Positions 10,886 to 21,224 of a stretch of DNA of 22,853 nt are shown one piece after another. The position numbers and the translations under genes are program-made. The stretch's first letter is position 1, and every line of letters begins with the position of its first letter. Source of the DNA: Octopus sinensis (Eukaryota); the NCBI RefSeq assembly GCF_006345805.1, contig NW_021836683.1:1-22853 (forward strand), given 5' to 3'. The notes under the pieces were generated by a model, which saw nothing but the letters and a program-made list of their open reading frames with translations, was not told the origin of the DNA and made no database searches.

Positions 10886-12602
10886 GTATGACTTTTTTCT
10901 TTACACGGAATGTCATGTTGCGTCCTTTTCTAGTCCATAACTTACCGAATCAATAAATTGGTTTTATAGCATAGTAAGTGTCGGGTTCAAATATATACTT
11001 AGGTTAGTAAGAACGAGCCACTGGCTGAAATCACAAAAGGAATAAAATTAAAGCATTGACTGTAACTATACGCTAATTCCAGACCCGTGTACCAATCATA
11101 TACAAGAACTTTATCAATCTCATAGCGTTGAGAACAATTTCAAGCGTATAATTTTGTATTCCAAATGGAGATTAAAATCTACTCATGAAAAATTTTCATA
11201 TTTTAAAAAATTCTTATTAATTATAATGCGTATCTAAAAATAGAGGTATCACGTTTACACAAGTTCAACTGATGAAAATGTAGGTGAAATTTGCCTTGAT
11301 TTTGAAAACTTGTAAATGACCCAATTAAATGACTTCACAGTAATGGATCTGTAGGCTAAATCTCTTTCATTAATTGTTTCTATTCGCAATTTGTTTAAGT
11401 ATTGTTGTATATATTTATATCAGTCATTAGTGTTTCTCAGTCTTGTTTCGATTGTTAAAATAAAAATGTTCTTCTTTAATCACAACTTATTCGTTGCTAG
11501 GCAACTTGGAAAAAATGGTAAATTTGGGCATGTGTATTCAAACTAAATATGCTAAGTCCCATGTTTTTCCCCTACTTACTTGAGCAAAATATATAAGGCA
11601 GCTTTCAATGTGATTCGTCTATTTTCAAAATTTTTATTATTTCAATTATTTTGTTTATCTTCCTTACAGAGAGGAAAATATTCTAATTATCTCTCTTCTT
11701 TTATTGCGGTTAGATTTCGGTTTATTTGGATGTTCTATGCTATTTCGCCCTTTCTAATTCGTTTTTCTCTTGTTTCTGTGTTCTTTTATATGTTTATCGG
11801 TAATCGTCGCCACCACAAGCATTTGTTTATATTTCTAAATATATTGTTGTGTACATTTATATTTAAATGTTCGTATACAATTAATTTCTGAAGTTTTTAT
11901 TGTATATATATTTAACTGTATATATTTTAAAATTTGCGTTGTGAATGTTTAAATTTCCCCGAGTTAGTTCGTTAAATTTTTGACACTAGTAAAAATAAAC
12001 TTTACCACTTCATAGAATAGTGCTATCGCTTTGTATTTTGTTGCCAATAAAATGGATGAGCAGTGCTCTCCATAAAAAAGGGCTGCTCACCCTCAAGAAG
12101 CTTCCCCTTTCCCACAGAGTTGATCCCTGTCATAGGAAGACATGGGAATGGTGTTAGAATAAGACTCCTGCTCCCTATCTGCGGATTTGTAAATGTAATT
12201 TTCCCGTTGGTTAGATCTGTACATATCACTAGTCGTTCATCATAGGGCTTTCAATGCTTGTAGTGTCAACTGAGGACCCTATAAAGAGAAATTTCTACAG
12301 TTTTGGATTATACTGATAAACGCTTGTACAACACGAATATCACTCTCTGAGATTCCGTAATTAGTACCTTTTGACAAGCCGAAACGAGCTAACCAGCAAT
12401 CACGAGCAAACACAGATTTTACATCAGAATGTCCCTCTGCGAGAAGGATACTGTAGCAACAGTTAGAAGTCCTTTATTCTCGATGGATTTTACGTGAAAT
12501 TAACCCCAGCTGGAATCCTGGTAAGTGTTAATACACTGCGTTCCACTGCAGACACCAATAAATGGTGGTCGTTTCTGTGATAGGACAACATTTTCACCGT
12601 TA

Positions 12603-13238
12603 CAAATTGTTAGGCAAGTATAATAAAAATGATAATTGTATCAGAGTAAACGTTTATATAATTCAATAGTAAAGGATTAACAAAAACATTATTTATAAAG
12701 GACTTAATGGTAAGCATAATAATAAGTTCGTCTGAAAATAATCTTGGGATTATGATGTCATACAGCTCCAAATGTTTGATGTATGATCCTCCATATGCAA
12801 TAACCTTCCTTATGCACTGATCCATTGAATTTCTTAAGGTGATGATAACCTCTTGTATCATGCTTTGAGCAGCAATAAAAAATCGCATCCCAGAGGGTAA
12901 CTTTACTTGACAACTGCCGCCCATCATGGTAAACGCGCCTCTTCAGGACACTCCAGGACATGGGTTCCTCCCGACTTCCCTTTTCACACGTGACAAAGTA
13001 CTAGTCGAAACAACCCTCGTCTTATCCCTATATGCCCTCGACCGGACAGAAATTGGAGAATGTACAAATATCTTCACTGTTCGGTGATCTCTTCCCAGTA
13101 TTTTTGATATTTCTATGATTGTTTTTCCTTTTCCAAGCTCTGACACGATGGTAGACTTCCCATTCGAGACAAGATCACGTTTCTGACCCATAATGACACT
13201 TAAATTGGGGACACCTGCCTAATAATTTGGGACAACTG
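12603..13238 (-). mobile_element. Internally deleted Tc1-family DNA transposon
   Basis: N-terminal HTH MGQKRDL...EISKILGRDHRTVK...REVGRNP (13191-12965) abuts C-terminal WSVLKRRVY...LWDAI..IAAQ...NSMDQCIRKVIAYGGSYIKH. TIR remnants CAAATTGTTAGGCAAGT (12603-12619) and ACCTGCCTAATAATTTG (13213-13229); right end CAACTG|TA. Confidence 0.85.
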
Positions 13239-13504
13239 TAATATTTCTTTCTACACGATAATGGCTTTTTCATTTAAGTATATATGTGTGCATGCCTAGA
13301 CATGCAACTATACACATGAGAATACATACATAAAACAAAACATACAAATCTGCACAGGCACTGACTCCAAGTACTGCACATTAACGGAAAAAATATCCTG
13401 TTGAGGTTGTTGAAATTCCAATGAAGGAGCCTTGGATCTAAGTTAGAAACTGGCTCTTTATTGGCATGAAATATTGAAATAAAACTAAATAATGATATAC
13501 ATAT

Positions 13505-14018
13505 ATCAATTCATCCCATAAGTTCTGTCTGATTTTACCATTTTTAAAATTGAATGAATTTTAATAGTATTTTAGAATGTCTAATGGAATTAAAAATTAT
13601 TTTTTATGAATTTGTGTACATTTAAACTAATTAATATTATTTTACAGAATAATAGAATTAAAATTTCTTTGATCAAAACCTTTCTAACATGGAAGTATCC
13701 AAAGAGCATTGAGTACAAAAAAGGAAACTCTGCAGTCGAAGCGACTCGAAACATGGGAAAGAATGCTTGAATGAAAGAACTTGCAGAAGATGATTTGCAA
13801 AATTCAGAAGTAGAGATTTCAGCCTTGAAGATGAAGATCGAACAGGACGTCCAGTTGAGTTTGATGATAAGCTCTTTGAGGCAATAATTGAAGAAAATCC
13901 TGCATTATCAGTTGAAGAATTAGTAATAAAGCTTAGTTCAAATCACACATCGTCATCTTCAACAACTTGGAAAGGTTCCTAAATTTGTAAAATGGGTGCC
14001 TCATGAATTGTCCGAAAG
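13505..14018 (+). mobile_element. Mariner transposon, 5' part, pseudogenised
   Basis: From ATG 13689, with stops and deletions: MEVSKEH..EYKKGNSAVEATRN..FAKFRSRDFSLEDEDRTGRPVEFDD..IIEENP...RHLQQLG...KWVPHELSE. WVPHEL is the mariner linker motif. The 5' boundary is approximate. Confidence 0.85.
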
Positions 14019-14326
14019 TGTGTGTCTGTGTGTACATACATGTCTGTTTGGATGTATTACCTTTCTATTCATTATTATATATGTTCAAACTCTTCCTTTT
14101 TTCTCTTATCTTGTGTTTTTTCTGTCTATGTCTAGATGACTCTTTCAATTCCTCTCCCATCTCTCTCACTATATTTCTCTCCCCCCACTTTAGTTTCCAA
14201 TCGTTCCCACAGTTCAGTTTTATTAATTACAGCTTCGTAATTTCTCACCAACCTCCTATTTTACTATCATTAATATACATACTCATACACACGCGCGCAC
14301 ACAACATACATACAGAAGTATTATAA

Positions 14327-14361
<35 letters not shown>

Positions 14362-14364
<3 letters not shown>

Positions 14365-14960
14365 TATCTCACAAAAGTATGTACACCTCTAAAAAATTTC
14401 AGTAAAATTCTCATTACTTTGATAACATCGAAGGAAATCAAACGAAATTTACACTGAATAAAGTATATTATACATGCAAACAACACACAATCAATAAGCA
14501 TTTTCAAAGATATGAACGAAATATTAATTCTCAAACATTACAAAAATATGTACACCCTAAAGGAAATTTGCTATATTCCGTATTTTAGCCACTATTTTTA
14601 AAAACTAAATTCAGATATTGCTGATAATTTCAATTCTAATAAATATTTCTCCTGGAATTTTTACACCGGTCATTGTTGTTGCATCTGTAGGAATTCTGAT
14701 TTGTGTATCGTAGTGAAAATCTTCTTCATTGTAATTAAAATGGCACCAAAAGGAAAAGAATGTCTGAAGATTTGAAGAAAATTATTTTGAATTTGAACAA
14801 GAATGGCTTAGGATACAAGCTAATTAGCAAACGAATAGATATTAATCGTAAACACAGTTGCCAAAGTAATTCAGGAGTACAAAAATTCCGGACAGCTAAG
14901 CAATAAACATTGTCCAGGTTGTCCTTCTTGTTTAACTGCGCGTGATATACGTCGTACCCC
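14362..14960 (+). mobile_element. Tc1 transposon (IR/DR type), 5' part, pseudogenised
   Basis: TA|CAGTATCTCACAAAAGTATGTACACC terminus; inner repeat ACAAAAATATGTACACCCT (14540-14558); from ATG 14740 with frameshifts: MAPKGKE.SEDLKKIILNLNKNGLGYKLISKRIDINR.TVAKVIQEYKNSG...TARDIRR. Confidence 0.85.
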
Positions 14961-15327
14961 TTCATCTTTGGCGTATGAAGTGTTTTCTGTTTTTTTTTCA
15001 TTATAACATATATTATATATTGATATATAGGTGGATTATGTATTTGTAATACTAAATTTAAGTTAATTAGGTATTTTATTATTTGATATTTAGTCAATTT
15101 TGTTATAGATTATTATATTAAATCTATAGATACTACACATGTATTTTTATTACATGGTTAGCTTATTTAAGGAGTTTGTCTATATTTGAAACATTTCTTA
15201 TTTTGATTACAATTTAATGACTTGTAATAGCTTTGGGTATTTTATTTAATTTTAAAGTATTTAATTATTGAAGTTTATTTTATTTTTCACTTATGCATAT
15301 TTAGAATTTTCATATACATATATATAT

Positions 15328-15392
<65 letters not shown>

Positions 15393-15435
15393 GTATATTT
15401 ATTAATTAATTATTTTATTGTTCGATTTTATTTTT

Positions 15436-15522
15436 AACCCGATGAGCGACTATATTTATATGGAAGTGATTTCTCTACTACTATAATTATTTCTTAAATA
15501 TATCAGCGAAACACGTGTCGTT
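15436..15522 (+). ncRNA. Type I hammerhead ribozyme fold with long stem II
   Basis: AAC-CCGATGA-GCGACTATATTTA...TAAATATATCAGC-GAAAC-ACGT-GTC-GTT. Palindromic stem III ACACGTGT, GUC triplet, U4->C in the core, 3-bp stem I. Confidence 0.65.
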
Positions 15523-15762
15523 TTTCTACCTATTATATACATTATATTATTTTTGTAAATTACTTAATCTTTACTTTTTATTGTTATTTTAATTTAACTT
15601 TTCTATTATATGTAATTTTCTAGATGGTGTAATTTAATTATTCATTTTGAATTGATAAAAGGTTGTTTTTTTCTAATATTTTATACACACACACATATAT
15701 ATATATATGTGTATGTGTGTGTATGCTTGTGCGTGTGTGTAGGCATGTGTGTGTGTGTGTGT

Positions 15763-16097
15763 GAAGGCGCATGGCTCAGTGGTTATAGCATCGAGCTTAC
15801 GATCGTGAGGTTGTGAGTTCGATTCCCGGACCGGGCTGCGTGTTGTGTTCTTGAGCAAGATATTTTATTTCACGTTGCTCCAGTTCACTCAGCTGTAGAA
15901 ATGAGTTGCGACGTCACTGGTGCCATGCTGTATCGGCCTTTTGCCTTTCCTTTGGATAATATCCGTGATGTGGAGAGGAGAGGGTGGTATGCATGGGCGA
16001 ATGCTAGCCTTCCACAAACAACCTTGCCCGGACTTGTGCCGCGGAGGGTAACTTTCTTAGTGCAATCCCATGGTCATTCATGACCGAAGGGGTTCTC
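15763..16097 (+). mobile_element. SINE family B, full length
   Basis: Box A TGGCTCAGTGG, box B GTTCGATTCCC, CORE-like block, and a 3' end matching 1503-1570. Confidence 0.9.
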
Positions 16098-16106
16098 CTC
16101 CTCCTC

Positions 16107-16152
<46 letters not shown>

Positions 16153-16153
<1 letters not shown>

Positions 16154-16580
16154 CTCTTTACTCTTTACTCTTTACTCTCTTTTACTTGTTTCAGTCATTT
16201 GACTGCGGCCATGCTGAAGCACCGCCTTTTAATCGAGCATCTCGACCCCGGGACTTATTCTTTTGTAAGCCCAGTACTTATTCTATCGGTCTCTTTTGCC
16301 GAACCGCTAAGTAACGGGGGAAATAAACACACCAGCACCGGTTGTCAAGCAATGCTAGGGGGACAAACACAGACACACAAACACATACCACACACACTTA
16401 TATATACATATATATACTCGATGGGCTTCTTTCAGTTTCAGTCTACCAAATCCACTCACAAGGCATTGGTCGGCCCGGGGCTATAGCAGAAGACACTTGC
16501 TCAAGATGCCACGCAGTGGGACTGAACCCGGAACCTTGTGGTTGGTTAGCAAGCTACTTACCACACAGTCACTCCTGCGC
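16153..16580 (-). mobile_element. SINE family C, full length
   Basis: Tandem ACTCTTT tail through to CACACAGTCACTCCTGCGC; colinear with the other family C copies. Confidence 0.9.
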
Positions 16581-16590
16581 CTATATATAT

Positions 16591-16722
16591 GCCTTTCATC
16601 CTTTCGGGGTCGATAAATAAAGTACCAGTTTCGCACTGGGGGCGATATAATCGACTCAATCCCCTTCGTCTGTCCTTGTTTGTCCCCTCTATGTTTAGCC
16701 CCTTGTGGGCAGTAAAGAAATA
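16591..16722 (+). mobile_element. SINE family A, 5'-truncated (tail type 1)
   Basis: GCCTTTCATCCTTTCGGGGTCGAT...CCCCTTGTGGGCAGTAAAGAAAT. Confidence 0.85.
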
Positions 16723-16736
16723 TATATATATATATA

Positions 16737-16773
<37 letters not shown>

Positions 16774-16786
16774 ATATATATATATA

Positions 16787-16947
16787 TGACAATTATTTAA
16801 TTGCCAAGATAAAACTCTGAGTTTCGGATGCCGAGGTGGGAATTATTAGCGTTTTTCAGATGGCCAGGTAACCGAAGAGATTGTGTTGTGGATGTCCCCC
16901 TCGGCATCCGAAACTACAGTTTTATCTTGGCTATTGAATAATTGTCA
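16787..16947. repeat. 161-bp fold-back with ~50-bp inverted arms
   Basis: TGACAATTATTTAATTGCCAAGATAAAACTCTGAGTTTCGGATGCCGAGG (16787-16836) versus CCTCGGCATCCGAAACTACAGTTTTATCTTGGCTATTGAATAATTGTCA (16899-16947), set in AT-rich microsatellite. Confidence 0.9.
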
Positions 16948-16981
16948 CATATTATTTTACAGATATATATATATAATATAT

Positions 16982-17013
<32 letters not shown>

Positions 17014-17035
17014 GGTATATATATATATATTTATT

Positions 17036-17068
<33 letters not shown>

Positions 17069-17449
17069 ATATATCTATATATATTATATATATATATATT
17101 ATACAGATACACACCATTAGTGGAATATTATATTTCTCTAGGCATTTTTAAAGTTGGTTTTAATTATTTTGCTCTCACAAATAGAATTACAGATGCTTAA
17201 ACTTTCTGTTCTGGTGACAATTATGTGCAAGTCTATATTTGTAAAAATACTTACGCCATGGAGCTGGCTGAAGCTGAATTTTTGTGGTTTCTGGCAGCAA
17301 TTAAGATAATTCTCCTACATTCTTGTTAAGTATTTTACAGATTGTTTCATTATTACTTTTACCATTCAGGTAGTTATAACCCGCCGTTCGGAAACCTATT
17401 AAAATATGATCAATAAAACAAAATATACAGTTATATGACCTGTTAAAGT

Positions 17450-18220
17450 ACAAAGCATTTCTATAGAAGATGCTTTATAATACTGGGGATTATGTCAGTT
17501 CTTGGTATTGAGTTTCCAGACAAATTGCTTGAGATGTGAAATTTCCTTATTCTTTGATCTGAAGATCTGAACGTCATATATGTTAAATGAAAAGGCTCTT
17601 AAATGTGTTTGCAATTAGACCCATGTTATTATATTTTTAATGGTGTTTAATAGTGTTATATTTGTTCTGTGTATACTTCTGCGGTGAGTTTGAATCCCTT
17701 GAGTGGTCAACTGGTTGGATCATAATTGCAACAAGTTTGTTGATGAGTTGATGTCTTTTATGATAGTGTGTTTATGTTCGAAGCATTTGACCTAAGAAAC
17801 TATGTTGCTAAAACAGGAATAACTGAGCTTAGCATTATATTTATTAAAGAGCTTTTGGTATTTGAGCGACGGTGAGAAACGAGGCCTTATTAGAGCTATA
17901 ACAACCACGAGTACATTTGTAGTGCTATATATAGGTGACTTTCATCTTTCTGATTGTATTCTGGTAATAAGGTAGGTCTTATCCATATAGACCACATTTT
18001 CGCTGAAATCCCTTCTAGCTCTCTCATCATTAAAACAGTACATTACTTTGTTCAAGATATTCCTATAGATAAACCAGAGACACTTTTACTTATTCCAGCT
18101 GAGAAGTGTTTAGAATTCTATGAATGCAAGTAGTATACTAATTTGTACTTTGTGAGGCTAGTGTTTGCTTTTATTAAAGTCTATTGTTGTGTCAAAGTTG
18201 TTGGATTTAGCTGAAGTAAA
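17450..18220 (-). pseudogene. Possible highly decayed LINE (RTE-like) AP-endonuclease remnant
   Basis: Short peptides on the minus strand, in shifting frames, occur in the expected order: CIH-R, ELEGISAKM, YSTTNV, QIPK, YNAKLS, GQML, LINK, THR. No intact motif; judged by eye. Confidence 0.3.
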
Positions 18221-18676
18221 TTATGTTGAATCGGAACTGCTTAAATATATTCATATTAAATACGTGCCAAATCTATGGTTTCGCTATTCATATTATATGA
18301 ACTTATTCAGCCATCATCTAAGAAGCTGAACACACACACACACACACACACACAACACACACGCACGCACGCACGCACGCACACACGCACAATAGCCTGT
18401 AGGCTTATAAAGAAATAACTCTGCTTCTGTCGCTAATAATTAATTTTTAATAAGCCTGTTGGGCATTTGTGACATCAGCTTCTGAAAAGATGCTGAAGTT
18501 CCATATATCGTACCAGCGAGATTTGAATAGAAGCGGCCATGACAAATTTCGTCAAGTACGATCTATGTGTGTGATTTTATGCAGCAAGCGCCTATATGAG
18601 AGCAACTCTCAATGTGAATAACGCAATATTCTATGTTCTAACAGAGTATCCATGTTAAGTTGAATATAAAAATTAC

Positions 18677-18719
<43 letters not shown>

Positions 18720-18796
18720 TATGTGTGTGTGTGTGTGTTGTGTGTGTGTATGTGTGTGGTGTGTATGTGTGTGTGTATGTGTGTGTTACATGTATA

Positions 18797-18945
18797 TCAC
18801 GAATAAGTACAATGTGGAAAAATAGTACTCGAATACCTACGGTAGGTAATATAATTTTATTAAAGCTACAAAAACTCTACAAAAAAAGAAGACTGCCACT
18901 CAGAGTTTCATGTTTCCGTTCGTCGGACAGTTGTGATCTATAATC
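18797..18945 (-). mobile_element. Solo pLTR-like repeat with HHR
   Basis: Minus strand order: HHR, AATAAA, GTATTCGAGTAC, then microsatellite. Its 3' part is homologous to 22783-22853. Confidence 0.6.
18892..18931 (-). ncRNA. Minimal 40-nt type I hammerhead ribozyme fold, degenerate
   Basis: ACTGT-CCGACGA-ACG GAAA CAT-GAAAC-TCTGA-GT-G-GCAGT. Five-bp stem I, GAAA-looped stem II with one C.A mismatch, near-palindromic stem III ACTCTGAGT; U4->C and a GUG triplet. Confidence 0.65.
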
Positions 18946-18976
18946 TATGCACACACACACACACATACACACAGAC

Positions 18977-19056
<80 letters not shown>

Positions 19057-19099
19057 AAGAAAGATACATACACATATATGTATGTGTATATGTATGTAT

Positions 19100-19470
19100 G
19101 TCAAAGGGCGGAGGAACTCTTGAGAGTCAACGGCCATCCAATAAATGTCTTAAGGCTGTATCATGCGCGGGGACATAGAAATAATCTGACTGAATACCCG
19201 ATCGCGCGGTTAAACCATTGTGAGTGAAGGACTCCTAGCCTTTGTTAGGGCATCCTTCTAGGAGAAGGTAACTCAAGTAACTGGGATAACTCCGACATAA
19301 AACCTGCGGCTCAGTGGTTACCGATGATGTTGACTTGTTCTTCTTTTCGGATTATGGCTGCTGTTGCTTAGTGAGTGGGATTGACTCACAGCCTTTCCTC
19401 ACTTTAAAAAAATATTCTTGCACAAGCATTGCACGATAACAACATTGATTAAGCTTCGTGCAACGAGGGG
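19100..19470 (+). mobile_element. Possible RTE-type LINE 5' UTR fragment
   Basis: GGGCATCCTTCTAGGAGAAGGTAACTC resembles the GGGCAACC..CTAGGAGAAGG..AACTC motif I recall from RTE 5' regions. The segment is GC-richer than its flanks and has no ORF support. Confidence 0.35.
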
Positions 19471-19511
19471 GCAACCAGCATGTATGTATGTATGTATGTA
19501 CGTATGTTGAA

Positions 19512-19873
19512 AGAAGTGTGTCTTAGTGGATAGGGTGTTCGGTTTCCGATCGTATGGTGATGAGTTTGATTCCCGGCGGTATTTTGTGTCCTTGATTGAG
19601 ACACTTCATTTCACTTGGCTCCACTTTTACTCAGCTACCAAAAATTAGTTGCACAAGGTCGGTCCTTTGAAATAAATGTACTACATGCAGATAATATTCG
19701 TATTTCAAAGAGCCTGCCTTGTCACAATCTGTGTCACGCTGAATATCCCTGAGAACTTCGTTAAGGGTACGCATGTCTGTGGAGTGCTCAACCACTTGCA
19801 CATTAATTCCACAGGGAGGTTGTTCTACTGATCGGATTAACTGGAACGCTCGCTGTTGTAAACGACAGAGCAC
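19512..19873 (+). mobile_element. tRNA-derived CORE-type SINE family D, diverged
   Basis: TGTCTTAGTGG...GAGTTTGATTCCCGG head and GTGTCCTTGA..GAGACACTTCATTTCAC..GCTCCA...CTCAGCT block shared with family B, but a different 3' body. Confidence 0.7.
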
Positions 19874-19934
19874 CCTCCATTTATGTATGCAGGAATGTAT
19901 GTATATATGCACCTCACTCGCTCCTTCTCTATTT

Positions 19935-19971
<37 letters not shown>

Positions 19972-20149
19972 ATATATATACATATATGATATAATAAGGA
20001 GAAAATGGAGTTTTAACTGATAAAATTCAATTTATCTACATTTTATCAAAATTCGCTGTAACTTGTTTCACTCAATCAATTACAAACAAATAATTTCAAA
20101 ATTAAAAGCTTGCATCTTGAAATAGCAATAATACATTTTGTTTCTATTT

Positions 20150-21190
20150 ATTTGTGTGCATGTGTACGTTAAAATTATTTTCGCGTGTGCGTTTTAATAA
20201 TTTAAAAGAGTCCGTTGCCTGTGTATCAAATTTTGTTTATATTTCATGTGTGCGTATGTGCGTTAATGTTTCAGAATGTGATACAATTGAAAACTACAAA
20301 CTTACTACAGTTAAGCTATTCGTATTCTACGTCATCAGAATATACATTGCATACATTTCTATCATTAGACAAAATAATGAAAACCCATATTCGGGAAATC
20401 TATTAATATTACTATAACAAATATTTCTATACGATTATATCTAATAATGAATTATTCTCGTATTTTATTCCACACAACCTAATAGAATGTTATTATAATC
20501 ATAATTTATAGGACATATTCTATATCTATCAAAATATCCAATTTATATTTTATCCAAGTTAATGCTTTATTTTATTTTTGTTTATTTGTAGTTTTTTATA
20601 CGAATTTATGCTAAACTAGATTCGCATTTACAGTTAAGAAGTTTGTGTTTAGATTTTGAAATTTGGAAGCTCTCTTCAGTACAAAGATGATAACTAGTGT
20701 CATTCACTTTATAGGATCTAACATCGCTGATAATTTCTCACTTGAGGTTAAAATCCTTATGTTTGTCCTTTAATTCCCAAATAAATTTACTAAAACTGGT
20801 GGAGTTTGATTTATTTTTGCTTCTGAATATGTTTTCTGGTTGGCGTTTCTACGTTTAATAAAATTTGCCGTAGATCCAATGTAATAGTAATTTAGTCCAA
20901 AGACTTCTACCTTGCAGCTGTATACAACATTTTTCTATCTACAAAAATTAAGCTTACATTCATCTTTAAATTTACAATCGCAACGAGTATTTTTATCTTT
21001 CTCAATAAATTTGTGGTCAATACTAGTCTTATCTTTAGCGTCAATTTTTTCATTTATAATTCTATATTCAAAATGGCATATTACGTGAGTTACTTCCCTT
21101 TCCTCACTGTGAGATCTAATTTGACGTTCATTAGAATTTGGAAAATTTAGGTTGTTATGTGATTCATCATCATTGCATTTATTTTTACCG
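20150..21190 (-). pseudogene. Penelope-like element 3' part: Cys linker, GIY-YIG endonuclease, 3' UTR
   Basis: TRCDCKFKDECKLNFCR*KNVVYSCKV....YYYIGSTANFIKR...(frameshift)SKFIWELKDKHKDFNLK*EIIS...HLCTEESFQISKSKHKLLNCKCE, with VVY at about 20920-20928 and YIG at 20875-20883. Confidence 0.85.
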
Positions 21191-21224
21191 TTATAGAAAC
21201 TGTTCAATTTCTTGCTATTTAGTG

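Noticed and set aside
1247-10891. Dozens of ORFs rich in YI, HT and CV dipeptides
   Set aside because: They are translations of (AT)n/(AC)n/(GT)n tracts, which lack stops in several frames; there is no protein signal.
11261-11312. CTGATGA...GAAA hammerhead-like boxes
   Set aside because: Stems II and III do not pair convincingly.
12023-12245. Overlapping 60-68 aa ORFs in a GC-richer patch
   Set aside because: No recognisable motif or splice structure.
12303-12395. CTGATAA...GCTTGT/ACAAGC...CGAAAC hammerhead-like relic
   Set aside because: G8 is changed, the NUH triplet is missing and stem I is out of register; too decayed to call.
15763-15840. tRNA-like heads here and at 368, 1690-1765, 8776 and 19512
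   Set aside because: They continue into SINE bodies and no complete cloverleaf with an acceptor stem could be drawn; they are not tRNA genes.
11574-17290. Two putative minus-strand micro-exons with GTAAGT donors (11580-11618 RITLKAALYILL; 17255-17290)
   Set aside because: GTAAGT is common in AT-rich DNA, the acceptors are weak and the peptides are unrecognised. Spliced RNA-seq would be needed.
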